In this document: positions 6,859 through 15,461 of the stretch, piece by piece
Layout: each line of letters begins with the position of its first letter
How positions within the stretch are numbered: position 1 is the stretch's first letter
NCBI GenBank assembly: GCA_036149055.1
Contig: JAYZQJ010000087.1
Location: forward strand, 1-20,104
DNA length: 20,104 nucleotides
Direction: 5' to 3'
Source: Myxococcota bacterium
GTDB lineage: Bacteria > Myxococcota_A > Polyangia > Polyangiales > Sandaracinaceae
The notes under the pieces: model-generated
Told to the model about the DNA's origin: nothing
The model's input: only the letters and a program-made list of their open reading frames with translations
Databases searched by the model: none
Program-made: the position numbers and the translations under genes

Positions 6859-8288
6859 CCGAGCACCGCCCCAAGACCGCGGCGCTTCTGGCCTACGCCG
6901 AGGACGTCCTCTCGGAGGCGGGGCGGGCGCGCGTGGAGCGGCACCTCGCGAGCTGCGCGGTGTGTCGCCAGGAGCTGGCCGCGATCCGGCTCTACGACAC
7001 GCTGGTCGACGACGTCGACGACGAGGCGCCGGCGCTCGACTTCGACCGGATGGAGCTGACGCTCGCCCGCGAGGCGCAGCGGGTCAGCACCCAGATGCAG
7101 CAGGTGAAGCGGCGCCGCGCGCGCTGGCCGGCGGTGGCCCTGGCGGCGGCGGCCGCGGCGCTCCTCGCCTGGCTCGCGTGGCCGAGGCCGGCCTCGCCGC
7201 CGGTCGCGGAGGCCCCGTCGGAGCCGGAGCCGACGGTCGAGGCGCCGGTCGTCGAGGAGTCCCCGGCCCTGTCCCCGGTGGTCACCCTCGCGTCGGCCGC
7301 GCTCGCGGACGGAGCGCCCCTGGCGGTCGGCGCGGTCCTCCCGGAGGGCGCCGCGCTCGCGACGGAGGCCGGCGGCCTCGCCCACGTGCGCCTGGTGGAC
7401 GGCACCGGCTTCGCGCTGCGGGCCGAGAGCGCCGTGCGCCTCACCCGGGCGCGCGAGGACGGCGTCGAGCTGACCCTCGAGCGCGGCCAGGTCGCTCATC
7501 AGGTCGGTCAGTTCGCGCATCAGAGTCGCTACGTCGTCCTGGCGGGCGGCTACGAGGTCCAGGTCGTGGGCACCCGCTTCGTGGTCTCCTACGTCGACAC
7601 CGAGCTCGGCGTGGACCTCGCCGAGGGCGCCCTCGAGATCCGCACCCCCGACGGCGAGACGGTGCGGCTCGACGCCCCGGCCCGCTGGCGCTCGGGCGGA
7701 GGCCGAGAGGCGGACGCAGAGCCGGCGGCAGAGCCGGCGGTGGAGACGCCCTGGGCCCTCGCCGCCGACGCGCCGCGGACCGAGGTGACCCTGCGTCACC
7801 CCGAGCTGGTGCGCTGGGAGATCGACGGCGCCACCCTCGAGGCGGGCGCGCCGATCGCGCTCTCGATGCGGCAGGGCGAGCACCGGATCCAGGGCTGGGA
7901 CGCGCGGGGGCGCCTCCACACCGGGCTGCTCCGGGTGGGCGACGTGCCGGTCGAGATGGACCCCGGCGCCCTCGAGCCCGAGGCCCCGCGGGTGCGGCCC
8001 GGCCACCTCGACCCCGAGCAGATCGCGCCGGTGCTCCAGCGCGGCCGCCGCCTCATCTCGCGCTGCTACGAGACCGCGCTCCGCCGCGGCGGCGGCGTCC
8101 AGAGCCACATCCGGCTCCGGGTCTCGGTCGGCCACCTCGGCGAGGTCACCCGCGCCCAGGTCCTCGATCTCCAGGGCAACGGCGAGATGGCGACCTGCAT
8201 CACCAACTACGCCAGCCGCTGGACCTTCCCGCCGCCGGGCGGCCCGGTGACCTTCGAGGTCCCGCTCACCCTCTCCGCGCGCATGTAG
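6855..8288 (+). CDS. Membrane-spanning anti-sigma factor: ZAS (zf-HC2) + TM + FecR-like domain + AgmX/PglI-type (TonB-C-like) C-terminal domain, 477 aa
   Basis: GTGA overlap with the sigma stop. HLASCAVC (HxxxCxxC) at 6942-6965; TM WPAVALAAAAAALLAWLAW; FecR-like L-x-DGT...L-x-L-x-RG...V-x-V-x-GTRF-x-V...EG; C-terminal I-x2-CYE-x-AL...GEV...CI...WTFPPP. Confidence 0.85.
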   Translation: MTEHRPKTAALLAYAEDVLSEAGRARVERHLASCAVCRQELAAIRLYDTLVDDVDDEAPALDFDRMELTLAREAQRVSTQMQQVKRRRARWPAVALAAAAAALLAWLAWPRPASPPVAEAPSEPEPTVEAPVVEESPALSPVVTLASAALADGAPLAVGAVLPEGAALATEAGGLAHVRLVDGTGFALRAESAVRLTRAREDGVELTLERGQVAHQVGQFAHQSRYVVLAGGYEVQVVGTRFVVSYVDTELGVDLAEGALEIRTPDGETVRLDAPARWRSGGGREADAEPAAEPAVETPWALAADAPRTEVTLRHPELVRWEIDGATLEAGAPIALSMRQGEHRIQGWDARGRLHTGLLRVGDVPVEMDPGALEPEAPRVRPGHLDPEQIAPVLQRGRRLISRCYETALRRGGGVQSHIRLRVSVGHLGEVTRAQVLDLQGNGEMATCITNYASRWTFPPPGGPVTFEVPLTLSARM

Positions 8289-8354
8289 CGGGTCGTAGCG
8301 GAGAGGTGTGCCGAAAATTCGGGGCGTGGAGCACACTGTCCTACATTCGCCCCC

Positions 8355-9410
8355 ATGGGACGAATCGGACGGGGTCTGAAGCGTACGGGTCAGGTGCTGC
8401 TCTGCGCGGGAGCGCTCGCGGGGGGTGCCGCGCTGTCGCACGTGACGATGGAGCCGGTGATGCCCGCGCGCGCCGCCGCGCCGTCGTTCCCGCCGAGGGC
8501 CGCGCCCTCGCCCATCGAGCGCCCGGTCGAGGTCGCCCCGGTGGAGATCGCCGTGGGCTCGGTCGTGACCGAGGCGCCGCCGGTGCCGCACGATCCCTTC
8601 GCCGGGCACCTCCGGGACGGGAAGATCATCACCGGCGCGACCCCGCACCGGACGATGCTCTTCACCTTCGACGACGGCCCGGATCAGCGGAACACCCCGC
8701 GGCTGCTCGACGTGCTCGACGAGTACGGCATCAAGGCGGTGTTCTTCCTCACCGCGAGCCGCATCTCGGGCAACACGCCCTGGCAGCGCGACAACCAGGC
8801 GCTGGCCCGGGAGATCGTCGCCCGCGGCCACTGGGTCGGCAACCACACCGTCGACCACGCGCAGCTCCCGCTGCTGGACGACGAGGCGGTGCTCGCGCAG
8901 GTGCGCGGCGCCGACGAGGTGTTCGAGCGCGTGCTCGGGAGCCGCACCTGGCTGCTCCGCCCGCCCGGCGGCGCCCGCTCGGCCCGGGTCGACGCGCTGC
9001 TCGCCCAGCACGGCTACACCCAGATGACCTGGAACCTCGGCACCGGCGACTTCCAGGTCCGCGAGCCCGACGCGGTCTTCCGCACCTGGCGCCGCGTGCT
9101 CGAGCGCCGCGAGCGCGAGAACGGCGACGCGGGCGGCATCATCCTGCTGCACGACACCCACGAGTGGAGCGTCGAGGCGGTGCCGCTGATGATGAGCTGG
9201 ATGCGGGAGCGCAACTGCGACCTGCTCGAGCGCGGCGAGGAGCTCTACGACGTCGCCCAGGATCCCTCGGTCTTCTTCGCCGCCCGCGACGATCGCGCGC
9301 CGAGCGCCGAGGCGCCGCCCGCCCGGATCGACGCCGACGCCCTCTCCCGCCGCCAGCGCGCGCTCCGGGCCGAGACCCGGCAGCGCTGCGCGCGCCTCGC
9401 CGTCCGCTGA
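8355..9410 (+). CDS. NodB/CE4-family polysaccharide deacetylase with N-terminal signal or anchor, 351 aa
   Basis: CE4 motifs TFDDGP, AVFF, GNHTVDH, RPPGG, GTGDF and IILLHD; basic then hydrophobic N-terminus followed by a Pro-rich linker. Confidence 0.92.
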   Translation: MGRIGRGLKRTGQVLLCAGALAGGAALSHVTMEPVMPARAAAPSFPPRAAPSPIERPVEVAPVEIAVGSVVTEAPPVPHDPFAGHLRDGKIITGATPHRTMLFTFDDGPDQRNTPRLLDVLDEYGIKAVFFLTASRISGNTPWQRDNQALAREIVARGHWVGNHTVDHAQLPLLDDEAVLAQVRGADEVFERVLGSRTWLLRPPGGARSARVDALLAQHGYTQMTWNLGTGDFQVREPDAVFRTWRRVLERRERENGDAGGIILLHDTHEWSVEAVPLMMSWMRERNCDLLERGEELYDVAQDPSVFFAARDDRAPSAEAPPARIDADALSRRQRALRAETRQRCARLAVR

Positions 9411-9435
9411 TCCCGGGTCGACGCGCGGCCGAGCG

Positions 9436-12306
9436 ATGCGGCATCCTCGGGGGATGAACCCCGCCGCTCAGCCCTGCCCGTCCTGCGGCTTCGACAACCC
9501 GCGCGCCTGGCGCGCGTGCAGTCGCTGCGGACACCCGCTCGGCCTCGTGAAGTCGATGACCGGGCGCACCTACCTGAGCGGCGCCGACGCCACCGTGGTG
9601 ACCGCCGCGCCCGCGTTCCCGCCGCCGTCCGAGGAGATCACCGACGAGGCGGGCGAGCCGGACAGCCAGCCGCCCACCCCGGTCGAGGACATCGAGCCTC
9701 CGCTGGTCGGGCAGGCCGACGCGACGAGCGCCATCCACTCGGGGCTCACCAACGCCTTCGAGCAGGGCAAGCCGACCCTCGTCGTGCTCGAGGGGACCCG
9801 CGGCAGCGGCAAGACGCGGCTCCTCTTCCACGCGAGCGAGGTGGCGGCGCGCATGAAGGAGGACGTGCGCGTGCTCTACGGCGCCTGCCGCGCTCAGGGC
9901 GGCGACGGCTACTACGCACCCTTCGGCCGGATGCTCCTCGAGCGCTTCGGGGTCACGCCCTCGTCGGCGCCGAGCGCGGTCCGCGGCCAGATGGCCACCC
10001 ACGTGGGCGACGCGCTCCAGTCCTCCGACGCGATCGCGGTCGCCGAGACCACCCACCTGCTCGGCCACATCGCGGGGGTGCCCTTCCCCGACAGCCCGTT
10101 CCTGCGCACCGGCGAGGAGCCGGACGAGCTGCGGCAGCGCGCCCTCGCCGCGTTCACCCGGTTCGTGACCGGCGACGCCAAGCGCCGGCCGCTCATCGTG
10201 CTGCTCGACAACATGCACGCCGCCGAAGACGACGGCTGGGAGCTGGTCGAGGCGGCGCTCGCGGGGGACGCGCCGATCGCGGTCGTGGTCGCCGGCGACG
10301 CCCCGGTGGCCGAGCGCGCCGAACGGCTCGAGGCGCCGGGCGGGGTCGCGATCGGGCCGATCGCGCCGCTCAGCGAGGCCGACGTCGCCTCGCTCCTGCA
10401 GATCCTGCTGCCGACCCTCAAGGAGGCGCAGGAGCCGCTGGTCGCCGCCCTCACCCACCGCTCGCGCGGCAACCCGAGCGCCCTCCGCGAGCTCGTCTTC
10501 GCGCTGGTGGAGGCCAAGGTCTTCCAGAAGAGCCCCGAGGGGCTGACCGCGGATCTCGCGCAGCTCGAGGCCGGCAACCTCCCGGTCACCATGGAGGACG
10601 CGGTCCGGGCGCGCCTGATGCGGCTCGACCCGCTGGAGCGGGCGACGCTGGACCGCGCGGCGGTGGTGGGCGAGGTGTTCCAGGATCGCTGCCTGCTCGC
10701 GATGATGCGGAGCGAGCGGCGCGCCCCCGGCGACGCGGCCGACCCCGCGACCCTCTGGCCCGACGACGACGACGAGGCCGCCCTCACCTCCGCGCTCGCG
10801 CGCCTCGAGGAGAAGGGCTTCGTGGAGCGGGTCGAAGCGAGCGACGTGCCCGGCGCGGTGGAGCTGCGCTTCCTCCACTCGGACACCCGCGACCTCGTCT
10901 ACGCCGAGCAGGACGAGGCCCTGCGGGTCGAGCGGCACCGCACCATCGCCCACTGGCTCAGCGTGGTGATCGAGCTGCAGCGCGCGGGCATGGCCGCGGT
11001 CGCCGCCCCGCACCTCGAGAAGGCGGGCATGAGCGCCCGCGCCGGCCGCGCCTACCTCGAGGCGGCCCACGCGGAGCGGGACCGGATCCACACCCAGACC
11101 GCGCTGCGCTACGCGGAGAAGGCGCTCGAGCTGATCGACGAGGGCGACGTCGCCCGCCGGATCGACGCGCTGCACCTGCACGGCTCGCTGCTGACCACGA
11201 CCGGCCGCTACGACGAGGCGCGCGCTTCGTTCGTCGAGATGCTGCAGGTCTCGTGGCGGATCGGCGCCAAGAACAAGGGCGGCGCGGCGCTGAACCGGCT
11301 CGCGCGCATCCACCGCCACCGCGGCGAGGACGCGCAGGCCTCCCAGCTCCTCGAGCGCGCCCTCGAGCTGTTCCGGGTCGCCGCCGATCTGCGCGGCGTG
11401 GCCAGCAGCCTGGATGACCTCGCGCAGGTCGCCCGCCTCCACGGCGACCTCGAGCGCGCCTCGAACGCGGCCACCGAGGCCCTCGAGATCCGCCGCGGGC
11501 ACGCCGACGTGCGCGGCGAGGCGGTGAGCCTGATGACGCTCGGGGGCATCGAGTACGCGCGCGGCGAGATCGGCCGGGCCGAGGAGCTCTTCGAGAGCGC
11601 CCGCGACATCCGGGAGTCCATCGGCGACCGGGCCGGCGTGATGCAGGTCTACAACGCGCTCGGCGTGGTGGCCTTCGACCGCGGCGACCTCGAGCGGGCG
11701 GAGGCGTGCTGGCGCGCGGCGATGCAGGAGGCGCGCAAGATGGCCGACCGCCACACGCAGACCTTCCTGCTCAACAACCTCGGCGAGCTGCTCACCGCCG
11801 GCGGCCGCACCGAGGAGGCCAAGGCCGCGCTCGACGAGGCGCGCGAGCTCGCCCATCAGCTCAAGAACCGCCGGGCGATGGCCGAGGTCGAGCGCAACCT
11901 GGGCCTGTGCGCGCTGAAGGCGGGCGCGAGCGACGCGGAGAAGACCCTGCTGCGGGCGCTGGCGCTCGCCGAGGAGTACGGCTCCCGCGAGGCGATCGGC
12001 CTGGCCCACCGCGCCATCGGCCAGATGCGCGGCCAGACGCTCTTCGACGACAAGGGCGAGGTGAGCCGGCGCGCCGAGGAGAGCTTCCTCGCCAGCATCG
12101 ACACCTTCCGCGACATCGGCAACGAGAAGGAGGCGGCGCGCTCGCTCGCCTCGCTCGGCTACCACCTCATCGAGCGCGGCGACGTCGACTCGGCCAAGGA
12201 GCGCCTCCGCGAGGCCCGCGCGATCATGCGCCGCATCGGGCTCGGCCAGCTCGCCAAGGTCGAGACCACGCTCGAGGAGCTCGGCGGCCGCATCTCGAGC
12301 CACTGA
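9436..12306 (+). CDS. Zinc-ribbon + STAND-like (AAA_16-type) ATPase + TPR-repeat protein, ~950 aa
   Basis: CPSC-x10-CSRC ribbon; Walker A GTRGSGKT (9793-9816); Walker B IVLLDNMH; GNP motif; ARL-x2-L...L-x2-AAVVG and F-x-H-x3-RD-x2-Y; a long TPR array (e.g. ALNRLA, YNALG, LNNLG, ERNLG). Alternative ATG at 9454. Confidence 0.88.
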   Translation: MRHPRGMNPAAQPCPSCGFDNPRAWRACSRCGHPLGLVKSMTGRTYLSGADATVVTAAPAFPPPSEEITDEAGEPDSQPPTPVEDIEPPLVGQADATSAIHSGLTNAFEQGKPTLVVLEGTRGSGKTRLLFHASEVAARMKEDVRVLYGACRAQGGDGYYAPFGRMLLERFGVTPSSAPSAVRGQMATHVGDALQSSDAIAVAETTHLLGHIAGVPFPDSPFLRTGEEPDELRQRALAAFTRFVTGDAKRRPLIVLLDNMHAAEDDGWELVEAALAGDAPIAVVVAGDAPVAERAERLEAPGGVAIGPIAPLSEADVASLLQILLPTLKEAQEPLVAALTHRSRGNPSALRELVFALVEAKVFQKSPEGLTADLAQLEAGNLPVTMEDAVRARLMRLDPLERATLDRAAVVGEVFQDRCLLAMMRSERRAPGDAADPATLWPDDDDEAALTSALARLEEKGFVERVEASDVPGAVELRFLHSDTRDLVYAEQDEALRVERHRTIAHWLSVVIELQRAGMAAVAAPHLEKAGMSARAGRAYLEAAHAERDRIHTQTALRYAEKALELIDEGDVARRIDALHLHGSLLTTTGRYDEARASFVEMLQVSWRIGAKNKGGAALNRLARIHRHRGEDAQASQLLERALELFRVAADLRGVASSLDDLAQVARLHGDLERASNAATEALEIRRGHADVRGEAVSLMTLGGIEYARGEIGRAEELFESARDIRESIGDRAGVMQVYNALGVVAFDRGDLERAEACWRAAMQEARKMADRHTQTFLLNNLGELLTAGGRTEEAKAALDEARELAHQLKNRRAMAEVERNLGLCALKAGASDAEKTLLRALALAEEYGSREAIGLAHRAIGQMRGQTLFDDKGEVSRRAEESFLASIDTFRDIGNEKEAARSLASLGYHLIERGDVDSAKERLREARAIMRRIGLGQLAKVETTLEELGGRISSH

Positions 12307-12307
12307 C

Positions 12308-14035
12308 GTGGCCGGCCTCGGGAAGCCGCCGCTCGCGGCCGCCGCGCTCGTGGTCGCCGCCGGCCTCGGCTGGGCGGCGTGGGCGACGCACCGGGGCGTG
12401 CAGGCGGACCTCGCGACGCCGCGCGATCTCCACGGGGCCCCGCACGCCACGAGCGACGCCTGCGCGCGCTGCCACCCCGGGCAGCACGAGAGCTGGCGGC
12501 GCACGTTCCACCGCACGATGACCCAGGAGGCGAGCGCCGAGAGCGTGCTCGGCGACTTCGACGACGCTTCGTTCGTGTATGGCGGCGTGGAGGCCCGCAT
12601 GGAGCGAAGCGCGGGCGGCGGGTACCGGATGCGCTTCCTCGCCGACGGAGCCGAGCTGTCGCGCGCCGAGGTCGTGCGCACGGTCGGCTCGCATCGCTAC
12701 CAGCAGTACCTCGCCCGCGACGGCGACGTGCTCTTCCGGCTGCCGATGGCGTGGCACGTCGAGGAGGGGCGCTGGTTCCACATGAACGGCGCGTTCCTCA
12801 CCCCGGATCCGCCGGAGCCGGCGCCCGGGGAGCACATCGATCGCGCCGACTACTACCGGCACGTGGTGCGCTGGAACGACAACTGCATTTTCTGTCACAA
12901 CGTGGGCCCCGACCCGGGCCGGCGGGGCGACCGCTTCGAGACGGAGGTCGAGGAGCTCGGCGTGGCCTGCGAGGCCTGCCACGGGCCGGCGGACGAGCAC
13001 GCGCGGGTCAACGCGAACCCGGTGCGCCGCTACGCGCTCCACCTCTCCGACACCGCCGACCCCACCATCGTCAACCCGCGTCGCCTCTCGCCCGACCGGA
13101 GCGCCGAGGTCTGCGGGCGCTGTCACGGGCAGCGGATCACCGACGACGTCGGCCGCTTCCTCGAGGGCGGTGATCCGTTCGTGCCCGGCGATCGCCTCGC
13201 CGACTACAGCCGCCCGCTCGCCCGCGACACCCCGCTCGACGGCGACCCGACCGCGTTCGCCGCGCGCTTCTGGCCCGACGGGACCGCCCGGCTCACCGCC
13301 TACGAGTACCAGGGCCTGCTCGCCTCGCCCTGCGACGGCCTCACCTGCACCAGCTGCCACGGCATGCACGAGGGCGACCCGAGCGGGCAGCTGCGCCCTG
13401 CCCTCGTGGGGGACGCGCAGTGCGCCCAGTGCCACGCCGACGAGGCGGATCACTCGGGACACACCGCCACCGCCTGCGTGGACTGCCACATGCCCCGGGT
13501 CGTGTACGGGCTGGTGGGCGCCTACCGCAGCCACCGGATCGAGGTGCCCGCGCTGGACGCGCCCGGGCGCCCCGACGCCTGCTCGCTCTGCCACGCCGAG
13601 CGCTCGACGGACTGGCTGGCTCGAGGCTGGGCGCGGCTCTACGGCGACCCGCCCGAACGACCGACGGAATCCGGCGCGCCGGTCCGCGACGATCTGCTCG
13701 CGGGCGATCCGATCGAGCGGGCGATGGCCGCCGCCGCCCTCGGGCGCACCGAGGCGCTGGTGGATCGCGCGTGGCGCGCCGGGCTCCTGCTCGACACCCT
13801 CGCCGACGATCCCTACCCCGCGGTGCGCCGGATGGCCTGGCGCAGCCTCCGCGCGCTCCACCCCGACGCCACCGGGCTCGACTGGCGGTCGTACGTGCCC
13901 ACCGGGCCGGCCGAGGCGCGGCGCGCCTGGGTCCGGGAGGCCGAAGCGAGCCTCGACGTGCGCCGCCCCGACCGGGCCGAGGTGGCGCCGCTGCGGGCCC
14001 GGGCCGCCCAGCAGGCCATCTTCATCGGGGAGTGA
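12308..14035 (+). CDS. Multiheme c-type cytochrome (8 CXXCH) with N-terminal signal or anchor and C-terminal HEAT-like helices, 575 aa
   Basis: Heme motifs CARCH, CIFCH, CEACH, CGRCH, CTSCH, CAQCH, CVDCH and CSLCH. Hydrophobic N-terminus; HEAT-like DPIERAMAAAALG and DPYPAVRRMAWRSL. The GTG start lies 1 nt after the upstream stop. Confidence 0.92.
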   Translation: MAGLGKPPLAAAALVVAAGLGWAAWATHRGVQADLATPRDLHGAPHATSDACARCHPGQHESWRRTFHRTMTQEASAESVLGDFDDASFVYGGVEARMERSAGGGYRMRFLADGAELSRAEVVRTVGSHRYQQYLARDGDVLFRLPMAWHVEEGRWFHMNGAFLTPDPPEPAPGEHIDRADYYRHVVRWNDNCIFCHNVGPDPGRRGDRFETEVEELGVACEACHGPADEHARVNANPVRRYALHLSDTADPTIVNPRRLSPDRSAEVCGRCHGQRITDDVGRFLEGGDPFVPGDRLADYSRPLARDTPLDGDPTAFAARFWPDGTARLTAYEYQGLLASPCDGLTCTSCHGMHEGDPSGQLRPALVGDAQCAQCHADEADHSGHTATACVDCHMPRVVYGLVGAYRSHRIEVPALDAPGRPDACSLCHAERSTDWLARGWARLYGDPPERPTESGAPVRDDLLAGDPIERAMAAAALGRTEALVDRAWRAGLLLDTLADDPYPAVRRMAWRSLRALHPDATGLDWRSYVPTGPAEARRAWVREAEASLDVRRPDRAEVAPLRARAAQQAIFIGE

Positions 14036-14102
14036 CCGCGGGGGGCGGGCGATGGCCCACCGGGTCACCGCGGGTGTACATTCCGGGCAGCGGAGGTGGG
14101 AG

Positions 14103-14450
14103 TTGTCCGAGCATGAGCCCAAACGACGCGTCAGCGTCGACCTGCGGATGAGCCGCTTCGAGCTGCCCCCGGTCCAGAGCGCCCTCGTCGTGGGACGGAA
14201 GGCGCCGATCGGATCGAGGGCGATGGAGAAGGCGCTCGCCGAGATGATGCCCGAGGCCTTCACCCGCATCGAGGTCGACCACGAGACGATCGAGGCGGTG
14301 ATCGTGCGGCGGGCTCACCTGCGCCGCCTCCCCGAGGAGCGGCTCGTCGCGCTGCTGGTGCGCCAGACCGAGTCGGTGATCGACGAGACGGAGATGCTCC
14401 GGGTCACCATGGAGCTCGAGATCTCGCTCACCGAGGAGCTCGAGGTTTGA
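14103..14450 (+). CDS. Small hypothetical cytoplasmic protein (~115 aa)
   Basis: This is the protein-like 3' end of track ORF 13170-14450 (SEHEPKRRVSVDLRMSRFELPPVQSALVVGRKAPIG...EELEV), with strongly G/C-ending codons. GGAGGT at 14092-14097 lies 5 nt before an in-frame TTG at 14103; alternative ATG at 14052. Confidence 0.75.
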   Translation: MSEHEPKRRVSVDLRMSRFELPPVQSALVVGRKAPIGSRAMEKALAEMMPEAFTRIEVDHETIEAVIVRRAHLRRLPEERLVALLVRQTESVIDETEMLRVTMELEISLTEELEV

Positions 14451-15460
14451 CCCCCGCGGGCGCGGCGCCGGCCCCCCCGGGGACGACGGTGGCCGACCTG
14501 ATGGACCCCGCCTCCGAGATCGCGGAGCACGCGACCCTCGGTGACCTCGAGCCCGCGCTCCGCCGGGACGAGCTCGGCTTCTTCCGCTCCCCGCTGGGCT
14601 GGGAGGCGGTCGTGCCGCGCCTGGTGGTCGGCCTGCCTTCGAGCCGCCGGGTCATCGACGTGCCGCGCGTCCCGGTCGCCGCGCTCGAGCCCCAGAGCGA
14701 CGCGCTCGGCGTGCTCCCGCTCCTCGAGCGCTCGCCGCTCGCGAGCTCCCCGGTCGTGGCCGGCGACCGGCTGGTCGGGCGGCTGATGCACGACCGCGTC
14801 CGCCACGCGCTGCGCGACGAGCGCGACGACGACGTGCTCAGCGAGCTGATCACCCTCCGGCAGGCGTCCTCCGCCATCACCCACGACCTCGCGAACGTGC
14901 TGATGGTCGCCCTCTGGGAGGTCGAGGCGAGCCCGTCGCCGAGCCCGTCGCTGGCCGCCGCGCTCCAGCACTCCAAGCAGCTCCTCGACCGGCTGCGCCT
15001 GATGCACCGGGGCGAGCCCGCGGTGTCGATCCGGCTCGATCTCGGGGCCGCGGTGGACCGGCTCCTCCCGCTGCTGGGCCCGCTGTCGAAGCCGAACCGC
15101 CTCGAGTTCACGCCGCCGCCGACCCCGGTCGACGTGCGCTGCCCTCCGACCCTGATCGACCGCGTCCTCGTCAACCTGGTCGCCAACGCCCGCGACGCGG
15201 CCGAGCACGCCGGCCGGACCACGATCTCGATCCGCCGCGAGGGCGCCGCCGCGGTGCTCGAGGTGAGCGACGACGGCCCCGGCATCCCGCCGGACGCGCT
15301 GCCCCGGGTCTTCGAGGCCGGCTACACGACCAAGCCGGAGCACCAGGGCCTCGGCCTCGCGACCCTCCGCCGCGCGGTCCGCCGCCTGGGCGGCGACGTC
15401 GATCTCCAGAGCGCCCTCGGCGTCGGCACCCGGGTCCGCGTGCGGCTGCCCGCCGCCTGA
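14447..15460 (+). CDS. Soluble sensor histidine kinase with N-terminal CBS-like domain(s), 337 aa
   Basis: H-box ITHDLAN, N-box VNLVANARDA, G1 VSDDGPGI, F/G2 FEAGYTTK...GLGL. CBS-like TVADLM and PVVAGDRLVGRL; no TM. TTGA overlap with the upstream stop, GAGGAG at 14433-14438. Confidence 0.85.
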   Translation: MTPAGAAPAPPGTTVADLMDPASEIAEHATLGDLEPALRRDELGFFRSPLGWEAVVPRLVVGLPSSRRVIDVPRVPVAALEPQSDALGVLPLLERSPLASSPVVAGDRLVGRLMHDRVRHALRDERDDDVLSELITLRQASSAITHDLANVLMVALWEVEASPSPSPSLAAALQHSKQLLDRLRLMHRGEPAVSIRLDLGAAVDRLLPLLGPLSKPNRLEFTPPPTPVDVRCPPTLIDRVLVNLVANARDAAEHAGRTTISIRREGAAAVLEVSDDGPGIPPDALPRVFEAGYTTKPEHQGLGLATLRRAVRRLGGDVDLQSALGVGTRVRVRLPAA

Positions 15461-15461
15461 C

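Noticed and set aside
7716..7739. 12-bp tandem duplication GCAGAGCCGGCG x2
   Set aside because: It is an in-frame linker duplication (AEPA-AEPA) within the anti-sigma, with no evident separate function.
14032..14068. Hairpin after the cytochrome stop (GTGACC...GGTCAC)
   Set aside because: The stem is irregular, has no U-tract and is not distinguishable from chance at this GC content.
6747..14269. Long antisense or off-frame ORFs 6747-9161, 6962-9457, 9139-12681, 9516-11417, 12224-14269
   Set aside because: They overlap well-supported genes and carry no motifs of their own.
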